The notes: a model not told the origin generated them from the sequence alone. 64,000 bases of DNA from Candidatus Latescibacterota bacterium (GCA_965208105.1 OZ242318.1:3136001-3200000), one strand, 5' to 3'. Positions 41,774 to 52,405 are shown, counted from the stretch's first letter. Program-made: numbers and translations.

Positions 41774-42519
41774 CTTTTTAGAATCTCCGGGGTGAAAATT
41801 CTGCTGAAATGATCGTACTGGACCCTGTGTGCCTCACTGAACCAGTCGTCACCCAACCGATCTGGGATGATACCACGAAGGTTGCTCTCAAGCTGAAGAA
41901 CCTGTTTCCCTGTAACTGCAGTGGCAGTGTTCAAAGAAAAAATGCCATATCCGCCCAAGGGATTACACCTGTAGGTATACCGTGAGAATAGATTGTTGAA
42001 CCCCTCTGGAGTCTCGATTTCAGGAGGCTTTAGCCTCATAATTTTATGGGCATCACTCAAGCTGTCGATATAATCCTGCCACTCGAAGCGATCATGATAA
42101 CTGAGGTCATAGTATTTGACTGAATCCGAAGTGATATCTGGCAAACCAAGGCTCAGAGCATCGAGTGTATCCAAAAATTTGCGATATACGGTGGTGTACC
42201 CAGGATAATTGCCAACAGGTTCAGGATCCAGACGAATCCAGTTGAGGTACACCTTATTCGCCTGAATTTGGCACAACCACTTGTTGTCCTCGCTTCGCAG
42301 TCGAATAAGAACAGTCCCCGACCTTTCTGGACTAATTTCCTGGTTGATCTGAAATTCAGACATTACCTCGTCGACAAGGGGAGGGCGGATCTCCACACGT
42401 GGATATTGGTCTGATAAGGCCTGCTGGGCATCAAACAGGCCCCTTAAGGATAGGCGTTCCTCGTTAAAGGTCACGCCAAAGATAACTTCGGAGACTGGTG
42501 CCTTGGTGTATTTCTTCAC
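41764..42519 (-). CDS. TIGR04255 family protein
   Basis: N-terminal YTKAPVSEVIFGVTF, QIQ...NW...YPGY, C-terminal WFSEAH....F..I.T. Confidence 0.8.
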   Translation of the reverse strand: MKKYTKAPVSEVIFGVTFNEERLSLRGLFDAQQALSDQYPRVEIRPPLVDEVMSEFQINQEISPERSGTVLIRLRSEDNKWLCQIQANKVYLNWIRLDPEPVGNYPGYTTVYRKFLDTLDALSLGLPDITSDSVKYYDLSYHDRFEWQDYIDSLSDAHKIMRLKPPEIETPEGFNNLFSRYTYRCNPLGGYGIFSLNTATAVTGKQVLQLESNLRGIIPDRLGDDWFSEAHRVQYDHFSRIFTPEILKRWE

Positions 42520-43017
42520 TTTGTCAACAAGGAATTATTATTCGTGGGATGGTTGGAACTGCATGGACCCTGGACGATTCAGAGGGAGAACTCACTGAAT
42601 TGTTCCAAGCAAAGATTGCTGTTCGTACCAAAGAGTAGAACGATGAAGGTGGGACAGTCGCTCAATTTTGCTAGCAGTAGCAACGGGAGACCTTGAGCCC
42701 TTAGCCATTCTTCATCGAAAAAATGAAGGTCGCATTCTCGTGAACTCATGGGAGAATATGACGAGACCAATAGCCAATCTCTTCGAGTAAACCAGACCGT
42801 GGCAAATGCCAAGATGGGCCGTACGTCACAGAACTGCTCTCTTCTCGTGCAGGGAGGAAGAATTCTTCTGCTTCAACCGGACCGACGCTCACAGGAAAGT
42901 GGAAGTTCCCCAATTTCGTATAATAAAGCTCTTTCCCCGTGTAAAATAAAGCTTTTTTTGGTGTCCCTAGCAAGGCAATGATCGTCCCAAGGACAAAATA
43001 ACCTCCCTCAGGATGGT

Positions 43018-43233
43018 TTGCCAGGCCTTCGCCATGATCTCCCCCTGTGTGAGACGGCGACCAAGATAGGGATTTCTCCAACCTACCTTAGACGAATCGA
43101 GCGCGACCAGGAGCGTCGGCCGGGGCCAGGGGTGATCAAGGAGCTGCCCAAAATACTGGCGGCCGACCCTGACGTACTGTTCCGTTTGTCCTCGTCCACT
43201 GACCCGGAAGTTGACGAATTCCTTAAAAGTTAA
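43018..43233 (+). pseudogene. XRE-family HTH regulator remnant
   Basis: ATKIGISPTYLRRIERD...P...IKEL..IL. Confidence 0.65.
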
Positions 43234-43669
43234 TCCAGGACCGACAACGATACTTGGTGCGCCCGCTTGTGCTACTTGTTTCGCAATCCTCCACTATCCA
43301 GTTTCAAAGTTGATCTCTTTCCAGCGGGCTTGCCTATTCCCGCACGCTGTCGAGGTCTGTGCACATGTCTGGCAGCAGGCACTCAATTCCAGTCATTTTC
43401 AATGCGCTACCTGATCCGGAAGAGTGAGCGCGACAGGGAAGTGCAGATGCTCGCCCATCCGCCCACGAGCTATTCCAGAACCCAACAAACAGCTTGATCA
43501 GCGTCACATTTTGAGCTGATTCATGCAACAATAGGTAGATCGCTGAAATGGAAGTGGTGGATTTGCGAGGCTAGTGTCCGGTCAATTTGAAACAACCAGC
43601 ACAGGAATCAGTCAGGATACAATAATGGAAAAGATCAATATAAACAAGTAATTACCAAAGTGGTTTGGC

Positions 43670-43998
43670 GGAGGGTGAAACGCAGTTTGGACCCCAAGGC
43701 CGAGCCGAAAACCCGGCGACGAAGGCTGAATGAGACTGCTGCTCCACTTCGGGGAGGTGATAGCGAGGGCAGGTCCAAAACCTGTTAACACCGGCGGGAG
43801 GCTGAAGGTTTGAGGGTGGCGGCGGGGTGCCTAGCAGCGAGAAGGCAGGGTAACACCCGTTGAGCGAAGTGTTCAGCACTTGACCATTCTCCGACAACAA
43901 AGGGAGGCAAGGATAGAAGGATAAAGACGTCCATCAAGGTGCAGAACCTGAAGAGAAGAATATACATCAAGGCGAAGGCTGACAAGGCCTCGCGATTT
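43670..43998 (+). mobile_element. Group II intron 5' remnant (part of domains I-III plus first codons of the RT/maturase)
   Basis: 43918-43998 reads (R)IKTSIKVQNLKRRIYIKAKADKASRF, like maturase N-termini (LQDLRRRIYVKAKA...RF); DIII-like GAAGGCAGGGTAACACCCGTTGAGCGAAG; stem TTTGGACC/GGTCCAAA. Confidence 0.7.
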
Positions 43999-44286
43999 CA
44001 GGCGCCAACTCTCGACCTTGTCGAGGGCAAAACCGAATGGCTGAGCTACTTGAATTTGGACCGTTCCACCACTTCCTCCTGAGTTGCGGATCTCGGTACG
44101 GGGTCCTAAAGTATAAAGCGCCGGAATCCTTGGGGGAAGCCGGCGATTCAAGAACTAGACAGAGAGGCGAGTTGGGCTATAGGTCTCTGGAGATTGTGGG
44201 TGTGGTCGCCGCCTCTATTGATTATAACGCCCATTGCTCCAGTTAAACAGAGCACTTGGTTGCACCTTAAAAAAAGGAGAATTGCT

Positions 44287-44478
44287 ATGAAGTCACAAAA
44301 AATCATCAGACTCCCGGCGCTCATAAAGCTTCTCGGCCTATCCCGCACGACCATATGGCGCCGTGTCAAGAGCGGAGACCTTCCTCCCCCCATTCGGCTT
44401 GGCGGTCCTGGTACCCGGGCTGTCGGATGGCGACGGACGGCCGTGGAGTCTTGGGTGAGAAGCCGATCTGAGGCGTGA
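44287..44478 (+). CDS. alpA: AlpA-family regulator/excisionase
   Basis: IIRLPALIKLLGLSRTTIWRRVKSGDLPPPIRLG...AVGW; AAGGAG RBS. Confidence 0.9.
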   Translation: MKSQKIIRLPALIKLLGLSRTTIWRRVKSGDLPPPIRLGGPGTRAVGWRRTAVESWVRSRSEA

Positions 44479-44693
44479 ATATCCTCTGGGTGCTTCAGAG
44501 ACTGACATATATTGTCTGCTGATCGGCTACAACCCGATATCTTCAGTCGTATTCGATGGCATCTGGGTGGGGGATGGGCGTATCCCGCGCTCATCCACCA
44601 CTGTCTTCGTCGAATACAATACCGAGGGAAGATGTCGTCGAAGCTCTCTTCCTCGCAACGTTCACGTAGTACTGCAGCGCCCGCTGTAATTAC

Positions 44694-45647
44694 ATGGCAG
44701 GAAGAGAAATGGTGTCGGAGCGATTTTCCAAACAACCAAAGCTCGCCGTAGTTGACCAAGACGGCCTTCCAGATCCTCTAATTTCCGAAGAAATCGAACT
44801 CAACTATCCGTACTTCAGCACATACGCTGTTGAAGAACTGGGTTCACCGCTTATGAACGCCACATCGGCGGAGGAATTCAGGGCAGCCCACAGGTTGAAG
44901 TTGTGGGCATGGAGTCGGAGGCCAATTGGTTCATTGCCAAATAACGATACCATACTGGCCAATCTGGCCGGATCAGCATACTTCGGTAGCACAGATTTAT
45001 GGACCGAGCATAAAGACAGCATCATGCAGGAGTTCATCTTATGCAAGGACAACCGGTGGTATCATCCGAGGCTGGTGGGTTGCGCCATGTTCTGCTGGAA
45101 ACAAAAGATTGGCAAGAGCCGCGGAGGCAAAAATTCGGCCAAACAAAGAGCGGAAAAAACGGCTCGGGAAGCCGCAGGACAGGGGAGGGATCAAGATACT
45201 TGCAACAAGGAAAGTAAAGGAAATAAAAAGAAAGCTCCAAATACTATTGTAACAACCAATGATGTTGTTACGGAAAAGAAGCTCAGCAAGCGGGGTGAGT
45301 TGGATTTCGAGTCTGAGGAGGAAAAATGGATCATCACCGAACTTCGTAATCCAGAAAATTATCCTCGAGGAAATAGAGCATGGAACTGGAGATCTGCCCT
45401 GAAAGCAGTAAGAGCAAGACTGAAAGAGGAAATCTACACGGCATCGGAACTGCTGCAGTTTGCGAAGAATTATACGGTTGCATGCAAGGCCGACAAAAAA
45501 GAGCCGGGATTTATCATGATGCCATCCACATTCTTCGGTCCTAACATGCGTTTTGAACAGTATATGGAGGCCGAGCCGGAACAAGAGGAAAATCAGGTCA
45601 CGGTGCGCCGGCAAATCAACCTGAGTGAGCTCAGGAGAAACCAATAA
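44694..45647 (+). CDS. Phage-type replication initiator (DUF1376/YdaU-like N-terminus)
   Basis: GSLPNNDTILANLA, WYHPRL, C-terminal MPSTFFGP..RFEQY; TAATG coupling to dnaB. Confidence 0.7.
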   Translation: MAGREMVSERFSKQPKLAVVDQDGLPDPLISEEIELNYPYFSTYAVEELGSPLMNATSAEEFRAAHRLKLWAWSRRPIGSLPNNDTILANLAGSAYFGSTDLWTEHKDSIMQEFILCKDNRWYHPRLVGCAMFCWKQKIGKSRGGKNSAKQRAEKTAREAAGQGRDQDTCNKESKGNKKKAPNTIVTTNDVVTEKKLSKRGELDFESEEEKWIITELRNPENYPRGNRAWNWRSALKAVRARLKEEIYTASELLQFAKNYTVACKADKKEPGFIMMPSTFFGPNMRFEQYMEAEPEQEENQVTVRRQINLSELRRNQ

Positions 45648-47017
45648 TGGCTACCAAGGAATTCAAACTCATCGCTCCTCCTCATGATAAGGAAATCGAG
45701 GAGGCCATACTCGGCTGTTGCATAATCAGTGACGAGGCGCTGTCCATGGCGATTGACAGAGGGATTGAAGATGACCATTTCTACGAAATAAACAACGGCC
45801 ATATTTTCTCGGCTCTCCATGAATGCGCTCGTCAAGGCCTGGCCAAAGATGCCGCTGTTATCACTGGCATCCTGAGGCGGCGCGGAGTCTTCGATCAGGT
45901 GGGAGGAAATCAGAGGCTGGCGACTCTGGGTAATTCTGTTGATTCTGACGCCAACATGGAGTACTACCTAAACCGCCTTGAGGACTTGTCCATGCGGCGC
46001 AAGCTCCAGGTTTTGCTCTCCAACGCAGATACCAGGGCAGACGACCAAACCGTCCCCGCCATAGAGGTTGTTGAACAAACTACCGGTGAAATGCAGCGGT
46101 TATGTGAGGGCAAGGACTCCTGCGATGGCATGGAATCCATATCGGATATCATGCGGGACGTGCCGCAATTCATTGAAGAGCGCAGGTCGGGTGCCAAAAC
46201 AGGCATTAAAACCGGCCTTGGGTCCCTCGACTACATCCTGTCGGGCGGAGGATTCGAGCCGGGTTACCACATTATTGCCGCTGGCACCTCGCAGGGAAAG
46301 AGTTCTCTGGCCTTGTGCATTGCCAGGGAGGCGGCCAGGAATGAACATTGCGTGGCCTACTTTTCTCTTGAGATGTCGAAACTGAGCCTGGTGCTACGGC
46401 TCCTGTCCATTGGCAGCGAAGTGGAGGCTACAAAGATCAAATCTGGGCGCATGGACAGGCAGGAATGGGAGAGGGTGACAGGGGAAATGGCTACTCTGTC
46501 TGATTCCAATAACCTTCATATTGACGCCACTCCCGCAATCAGTGCCGTGCAAATGCTGGCCAGGGTACAGAGGCTCAACCAGCTCAAAAAGGTGGATCTG
46601 ATTGTGGTGGACTACCTTCAGCTTATGTCTTCCCGATCCTCGGATACTCGGGAGCAGGAGGTGGCTCAGATCTCCAGGTCCCTGAAAGGCGTAAGCCAGC
46701 GCCTGAATGTGCCGCTGTTGGCCCTGAGCCAGCTATCCAGAAGTCATGAGCACCGAACGGATAGGAAGCTCAGGCTCAGTGACTTGCGCGAGTCGGGGTC
46801 GTTGGAGCAGGACGCCGATACGGTTATTTTCCTGAGCCATCCCAACAAGAACGAGGTTGATGTGAATGGCGAGGCTCTCGATGGCGTGGCCGATTTAAAT
46901 GTGGCGAAGCAGCGCGAGGGGCCCACCGGAACCGCCGTGGTTCAATGGCAGGAGGGTTTTACCAAGTTCAGGAATTTTGCCGGCCAAGAAGTCCCTTGGG
47001 ATGAGTATTTTGGATAA
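45647..47017 (+). CDS. dnaB: Replicative DNA helicase (element-encoded)
   Basis: PPHDKEIEEAILG, GKS Walker A, FSLEM, VVDYLQLM, LSQLSR, LSDLRESGSLEQDAD, AKQREG. Confidence 0.95.
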   Translation: MATKEFKLIAPPHDKEIEEAILGCCIISDEALSMAIDRGIEDDHFYEINNGHIFSALHECARQGLAKDAAVITGILRRRGVFDQVGGNQRLATLGNSVDSDANMEYYLNRLEDLSMRRKLQVLLSNADTRADDQTVPAIEVVEQTTGEMQRLCEGKDSCDGMESISDIMRDVPQFIEERRSGAKTGIKTGLGSLDYILSGGGFEPGYHIIAAGTSQGKSSLALCIAREAARNEHCVAYFSLEMSKLSLVLRLLSIGSEVEATKIKSGRMDRQEWERVTGEMATLSDSNNLHIDATPAISAVQMLARVQRLNQLKKVDLIVVDYLQLMSSRSSDTREQEVAQISRSLKGVSQRLNVPLLALSQLSRSHEHRTDRKLRLSDLRESGSLEQDADTVIFLSHPNKNEVDVNGEALDGVADLNVAKQREGPTGTAVVQWQEGFTKFRNFAGQEVPWDEYFG

Positions 47018-47113
47018 CTATGGCCATGGCAAAGACAGAGAAGATTGTGGGTCTGCTCGTGGATCCAAAAAAAGCAGGTCTACTGAAGCGGAGCCTGGAA
47101 TCCTGGGAAGTCT

Positions 47114-47398
47114 ATGCCCGGGCAAGGAAATCCTGGTCCACAAAACTCATTACCTGATGCACCAAGTTTTTCAAATAGAGAAAAGTTCTTCGGGCCGTCC
47201 CACACGGTGGTGGCATTCTATAATGGCGACATGGATGACCGCGACCTCGAAACCTATTGGATTATTGCCGAGGAATATGACCTGGAGCATGTGAAGACTG
47301 CGTTCTGGGCATACCACATAAGGACTGGCCGCCAGTCGAGAAATTTTCCAAGCCCGGTTGAATTCGTCAAGCACATCGCGGTGGGAACGCAAAAATGA
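47114..47398 (+). CDS. Phage replication-associated small protein
   Basis: Directly after dnaB; ...AF..H......NFPSPVEF resembles the FFP.PA motif of phage helicase-loader-associated proteins; 5' end uncertain. Confidence 0.45.
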   Translation: MPGQGNPGPQNSLPDAPSFSNREKFFGPSHTVVAFYNGDMDDRDLETYWIIAEEYDLEHVKTAFWAYHIRTGRQSRNFPSPVEFVKHIAVGTQK

Positions 47399-47682
47399 CC
47401 GTGCTCTGCCTCGACATCATCAAAATCCTCCAGAATATGGATTCAGAATCCGTGGACATGGCCGAGAAAATGCTGGATGAGTGTGATATCACCGTGGACT
47501 TGGTGATCCCACAGCTGGCGCTAGCGCTGCTTGACCTTGCCCCCTTAGAGGACTCCAGGTCAAGTGTTGTTGATATGGCTTCTGGAGGGTTGGTTTTGGC
47601 ATATTTCTCGGCCAGCCGCGTCTTACTTGATTCAATAGTTCCATTAAAGTCCAAAAGGGCAAAATACTCACAGGAATTTTAG
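47395..47682 (+). CDS. Hypothetical protein
   Basis: ATGA overlap with the upstream ORF. Confidence 0.5.
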   Translation: MTVLCLDIIKILQNMDSESVDMAEKMLDECDITVDLVIPQLALALLDLAPLEDSRSSVVDMASGGLVLAYFSASRVLLDSIVPLKSKRAKYSQEF

Positions 47683-48706
47683 ACATAGGATTTTCCCAGA
47701 CCGACTTTGCGAACGGCATGACCATGTCGGCCGGTCGTTTCCCCCAATTTGGATATCCCTGATGAGGCCGCTCGAAATTGTAGCGCTCGAGCCACGCATC
47801 CAGGTCCTCCTGCAGGGCGGCCAACTGGTTGCGGGACTTCGGACGATCTGCCGTGCTCAAGAACTCGTCCATCACCGTACGGTGAAACCGCTTCACAAAC
47901 CCATGGGTCTGTGAAGATCTCTCCTTCGGCCTTCTGTGGGAGATGTTGGTTAGGGCAAGGTAGAGTTCGTAAGGATGGGAGGGCGATCCACAGTAGGTCC
48001 CGCCGTTATGGGTCAGAACGGCCTCCACCTCAAGACCCCAGCCATTGTAATGAGGAATCACCTTTTTGTGTAGAATGGCCACGGCGTGCTTGGGGGATTT
48101 GCCTGTGTGCAGATAGCCGAAGGCAAGGCTGCCATGGGTATCCACGACGGCTTGCAGGTAGACTTTGCCCACCCCCTTGAAGGTGCCGATGTAGAGGGTG
48201 TCCTGACACAGCAGTGTTGCCGGCGCCGTGGTTTCCAGGTTCCCTTCCCGGAAGCAGGGATTGATCTTCTCAAGGGCCCCCCTCTGCTCTGAGGTCAGTT
48301 CGGTCTGGGCTCCAGCGACCTTCTCTTCCAGCTTGAGCATGCGTTTATACCGGGTGCGCATCCCATTTTTGGCCAATATCTTCTGGATCGTCACTCCCGA
48401 TACCGATACACCGGTCACTAGGAGGAGATCGGACAGACGATGGCAGCCGTGGTCCGGAAACGCCACCGCCAGATCCAGAATCTGCCGGACGATCTCTGGA
48501 GGGGTGGTTTGGGGGTGTGATTTGTGGATGGGAGGCCGATCCACCAACCCTTCCAGGCCGTGGTCCTGAAAACGCCGTTTATACTGGTAGTACTGGGAGC
48601 GGCTCACCCCCAGGCGGCGGCACGCTTCCGAAACGTTCCCCAATTTTTGAGCCAACTTCAGAATCCGGAGACGTTTCCGTGCCAGCTTTTTCTCCGAATC
48701 GGTCAT
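47489..48706 (-). CDS. IS481-family transposase
   Basis: LGNVSEACRRLGVSRSQYY, QDTLYIGTFKGVGKVYLQAVVD, RFHRT, YNFERPHQG; catalytic positions look altered (THNG, VKRF). Confidence 0.9.
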   Translation of the reverse strand: MTDSEKKLARKRLRILKLAQKLGNVSEACRRLGVSRSQYYQYKRRFQDHGLEGLVDRPPIHKSHPQTTPPEIVRQILDLAVAFPDHGCHRLSDLLLVTGVSVSGVTIQKILAKNGMRTRYKRMLKLEEKVAGAQTELTSEQRGALEKINPCFREGNLETTAPATLLCQDTLYIGTFKGVGKVYLQAVVDTHGSLAFGYLHTGKSPKHAVAILHKKVIPHYNGWGLEVEAVLTHNGGTYCGSPSHPYELYLALTNISHRRPKERSSQTHGFVKRFHRTVMDEFLSTADRPKSRNQLAALQEDLDAWLERYNFERPHQGYPNWGKRPADMVMPFAKSVWENPMSKIPVSILPFWTLMELLNQVRRGWPRNMPKPTLQKPYQQHLTWSPLRGQGQAALAPAVGSPSPR

Positions 48707-49097
48707 CTTCTCGCCTTCTTGGGTCGATAGTCGGTAATTGTTTGAAAGGATGGTTAATTATACAAGGGGATCTTCAACGCCATGCACAGGAAGGGCATTG
48801 AATTTCCCCGAAGCACTATACATACTAAATATATAGTGAAAGCAGCCTCAGGGTGTAGTCGAAAAATATTTCATGGGAAACCTGGTCGATGCGGTTTGAT
48901 CGGAGAGGAGACATGTGTATTAGTCATAACTATATAGAAAACAAATAATTGAAATAAAAATAGAACTTGGCCTGAAGAGTGGGGAATCCTCCAAATTCTC
49001 GAATTTGAGCCATACAGACATCGAAAAATACCAGTATGGCATAATTCCCCCATGGGAAAACAAAAATCCAAGTTCCTAGTATGCGGTGTAATTTTTA

Positions 49098-49706
49098 TTG
49101 AAAATCTCCTTCCGAATGGATATCTTACCTATATCCAGCGTAAAATTCCACAGAATAAACCGGGAAGCCGTCGTTGTGAAATCCTTGAAAATCTTCGAGA
49201 AGTTTCCCTCCCGGAATGGCTGCATCGAGTACCTGGAAAAAATACGCTGGGAGGGCCATCCAAAGTGTCCATACTGTGGATCGGATCACAATGTCCGGAT
49301 GCAGGACCGACATCACTGCTATACCTGCCATACTTCATTCAGCGTTACGGTTGGCACCCTTTTTCACCGCACTCACCTTCCCCTGCAGACATGGTTTTTG
49401 GCCCTTAGGCTGATGCTGAAAGAAAAGAAAGGCATCTCCGCCCTACAGCTATCCAGGGATTTGGGGGTCAATAAGAATACAGCCTGGCGAATCCACGGGA
49501 AAATTCGGTATGCCATGACCCAGGTTGCCCAGCGAACCATGTTGACTCGCATTGTTGAAATGGACGAAACCAATTTGACGGACATCCAGGACGAAGAATC
49601 CGAGGACCCAATCCACCCTGCAGTAATCCCGGTGGTCGTGGAACCGACAAAGCCACTGAAACCGGGTGCAGCGGAGCATCAGGGGAACGCTTCTGTAAGG
49701 CGGTAG
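49098..49706 (+). pseudogene. IS1595-family transposase, N-terminal half
   Basis: CPYCGS...CYTC zinc ribbon, FSVTVGTLF, GISALQLSRDLGV, VEMDET, then diverges. Confidence 0.85.
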
Positions 49707-49817
49707 TGAGAGAAGGAGGACCGTCGGCTGTCGACCTTTGAAACGTTTCAATTGCTGCAAAATGTGCCCACCACCAGGGTTCTACCGAATCGTTGCGAAG
49801 GGACCAGGGGCAGGAAA

Positions 49818-50732
49818 ATGACAGATGACCGCAAGCTTCCCAAGGTTATTGCAGGTTCCCAGAATCGTCCTCTTGTAATTGGGAACATGGAGATTCCGTG
49901 TTTTGTATTGAGTGACGAGACCAGAGTATTATCCCAAAGGGAGTTCCTGAAGGCCATAGGCAGATCCCGAATCCCCAACGCCGGCAAAGGGGGCAGGGGG
50001 AAGGTCGGCGCCTTGCCGTTCTTTTTGAGCCCGAAACAACTTGAGCCTTTCATTACCAACAAGTTGAAATTGTCGGCAAGGCCTGTTTTTTTCCAACATG
50101 GATCCGGTCCTCCCAAGAAGGGATACCATGCTGAATTACTACCGCAAGTATGCTCGGTCTACCTCAAGGCCCGGTCTGCGGGAGCCCTTCTTGCCCAGCA
50201 AATTCGTTTCGCCGAAAGAGCGGAATACCTCATGGGAGGCATATCCCCGGTGGGAATTATCGCCCAAGTCGACGAGACTTCCGGATATCTGGAAATCAGA
50301 CGCCGCATGGCGCGGGAACAGATAATCGACAAGTACGTAGCTCCCGACCTTCAAATGTGGGCAAGGGCCATTCCGGATGAATTTTATGAAAAGATCTATG
50401 AACTCAGGAATTTGGATGGACCGGAAGGATTAAAGCGACCCTCTGTAATCGGCAGGTGCATATATAAATATGTCTTTGAATACCTTCCCCGGGAAGTCTT
50501 GGAAAAACTGAAAAGGTCAAGTCCCACTCCAGAAATAGACAGGCGAAGAAGCCAGCACTACCGTTGGCCGCAGAGAGAGACTGGATGGAGAGAGCTTACA
50601 AATCATGCTTGCAAGGTTATCCTGCTGATGCGGGCATCTTCCAATTGGAGAGAATTCGATCGATTATTCCATCGAGCGTTTAATAAGCCGGTAGGCCCAA
50701 TGATTTGGGATCAGGCCCCGGTCAAGTCCTGA
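49818..50732 (+). CDS. P63C domain protein
   Basis: IGNMEIPCFVLSDETRVLSQR, VGIIAQVDETSGY, PDEFYEKIYEL; stop codon lies inside the IS256 IR. Confidence 0.85.
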   Translation: MTDDRKLPKVIAGSQNRPLVIGNMEIPCFVLSDETRVLSQREFLKAIGRSRIPNAGKGGRGKVGALPFFLSPKQLEPFITNKLKLSARPVFFQHGSGPPKKGYHAELLPQVCSVYLKARSAGALLAQQIRFAERAEYLMGGISPVGIIAQVDETSGYLEIRRRMAREQIIDKYVAPDLQMWARAIPDEFYEKIYELRNLDGPEGLKRPSVIGRCIYKYVFEYLPREVLEKLKRSSPTPEIDRRRSQHYRWPQRETGWRELTNHACKVILLMRASSNWREFDRLFHRAFNKPVGPMIWDQAPVKS

Positions 50733-51462
50733 GATTTCTGCAAAAGTGATGGCAGCACGAAGCCCCCTTCCTATCCGGCCACCGCCCTTCTTTCGGTAGC
50801 CGGTTCGATCTTCAACTTCTGGTATAAGAGATCCAACTGGGCCCTCTCCGTCGCCGTGGTCCCAATGCGCTGCCACGTGCCAGCCGCCCTGATCAAAGGT
50901 GCGTGGACGAGCTTGAGGCAGCTTTTTTCGTTGAAGAAGCGGGGAATGGTTTTGGTACGCCGTCGCTCTTCCACGAAACTCCGTTCAATCAGGTGGGTGG
51001 TGCGTACGTGTTTTCGATGGCGCCAGGGCACGCGCAGATGGTGGAGCAGGGCCTCCAGGTCCTCGCTGAGCGCTGTGCACAGGCTCGGACAGTCCTGGCC
51101 GAAGCGGATCAACACGTCGCTGGCGGCAGCCTCTCCCGCTTCGCGGGTGGGCGCATCTCGAATGGCCGTCAGATGCGCCTTGACCTCGGGCCAGAGATGA
51201 TCGGGCACCTTCGATTGGAAGTTGCGCATGCGATGTACCCAGCAGCGCAGGCGCCAACTGTGGTGCCACACCTGGTCGATGGCCCGCAAAAGTCCGGGGG
51301 CGCCGTCGCTGGTGATGGTCTACGGCACCGGCAGGCCCCGGCTGACCAGGTCGCGCAGGAAGGAAAGCCAGGCATCGAAGCTCTCCTTCTTGGCCAGGGT
51401 CAACGACAACAACACCTTGTCCCCCTCGGTGGTAATCGCCCAGGCACACAACACCGCTTCTT
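50720..51462 (-). mobile_element. IS256-family 3' half (inverted partial copy of 2537-3959)
   Basis: Same IRR; near-identical protein C-terminus. Confidence 0.9.
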
Positions 51463-51913
51463 TCTATATGCCATGGTAGGTAAAACTCCAGTAGCTGGTA
51501 TCAAGGATCGGGCAACCAATGAAGTCCCAGCAAGGGTAATCGGGAAGGTCAATGCCGATACCATGCAAGGATTTGTTGGAGCAAATATCGGTGCCGAAGC
51601 TGAGCTTTTCACCGACGAAAGCTCATCCTATACTGGCATGCCAAACCATACATCCTTGAAGCATAGTACTGGGGAGTATGTCAAAGGATTGGCTCACACA
51701 AATGGAATCGGGTCATTCTGGAGTACTCTCAAGCGAGGTATAGGAGGTACATACCACCAAGTGTCGTTAAAGCACTTGGGGAGATATGTGGGAGAATTCG
51801 AGGGAAGGCACAATGCCAGAGAGGTGGCAAGCACAATTTGGTTTTCTGGAGACAATAAATACGAAAATCAAACCTTTTCTTTTGAGACTCAGGAAATAGT
51901 AAGAATACCTTAG
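51463..51913 (+). pseudogene. IS1595-family transposase, C-terminal half
   Basis: GKTPVAG, LFTDESSSY, HTNGIGSFWSTLKRG..GTYH.VS.KHL.RY..EF. Confidence 0.85.
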
Positions 51914-51926
51914 TTGGAATTTCAAT

Positions 51927-52139
51927 TTACTGTTCGTCCTTTTCAGAGTATCGGTTTAAATCTCCAGTATAAAAATCCACTTCGTGCAGTACTCCCCTAC
52001 TGTCAAACCATTTACATGGCACCTTATCTTCTGTGTCATACTGAATTGGAAGATCGACATTTGGTTGCGAGACAGTCATAGTGGGTCCACCTGATTTTAA
52101 TACAACCATGTCTCCTGGAGAAAATTTAATGTTAGCCAT
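51927..52139 (-). CDS. YodC/DUF2158 family protein
   Basis: FSPGDMVVLKSGGPTMTV...CKWF. Confidence 0.85.
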   Translation of the reverse strand: MANIKFSPGDMVVLKSGGPTMTVSQPNVDLPIQYDTEDKVPCKWFDSRGVLHEVDFYTGDLNRYSEKDEQ

Positions 52140-52216
52140 TTGACCACCCTTTCTTTGTGACCATTATCATAATACATATGCAATGGTATTTCAATCCTCT
52201 CTCCTAGCTAAAAAGA

Positions 52217-52243
52217 AAAGGCCGACTCAGAAAATCGGCCTTT
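52217..52243. terminator. Terminator-like hairpin
   Basis: AAAGGCCGA/TCGGCCTTT stem with A-rich and T-rich flanks. Confidence 0.55.
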
Positions 52244-52405
52244 GTTACTATTCGATGTAAGTCCCTTTTTATAATTCCAAAGACACCACCGGTAGAATTT
52301 TTGATTTTTTTGTAGATTCTCTCAAATTTCCTTTAAATCAAACCACACGAAGTAGAAATGTGCCTGGCCTCCAAGCTATTTTAGTAGTAAGGAAAGGAGC
52401 AGGCA

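Noticed and set aside
47489-47690. C-terminal extension of the IS481 transposase overlapping 47395-47682
   Set aside because: Probably read-through after loss of the native stop; no functional signal
27027-52214. Shared 13-mer TCCTAGCTAAAAA before hairpins at 27027 and 52202
   Set aside because: Short and A-rich with unrelated hairpins; cannot be distinguished from chance
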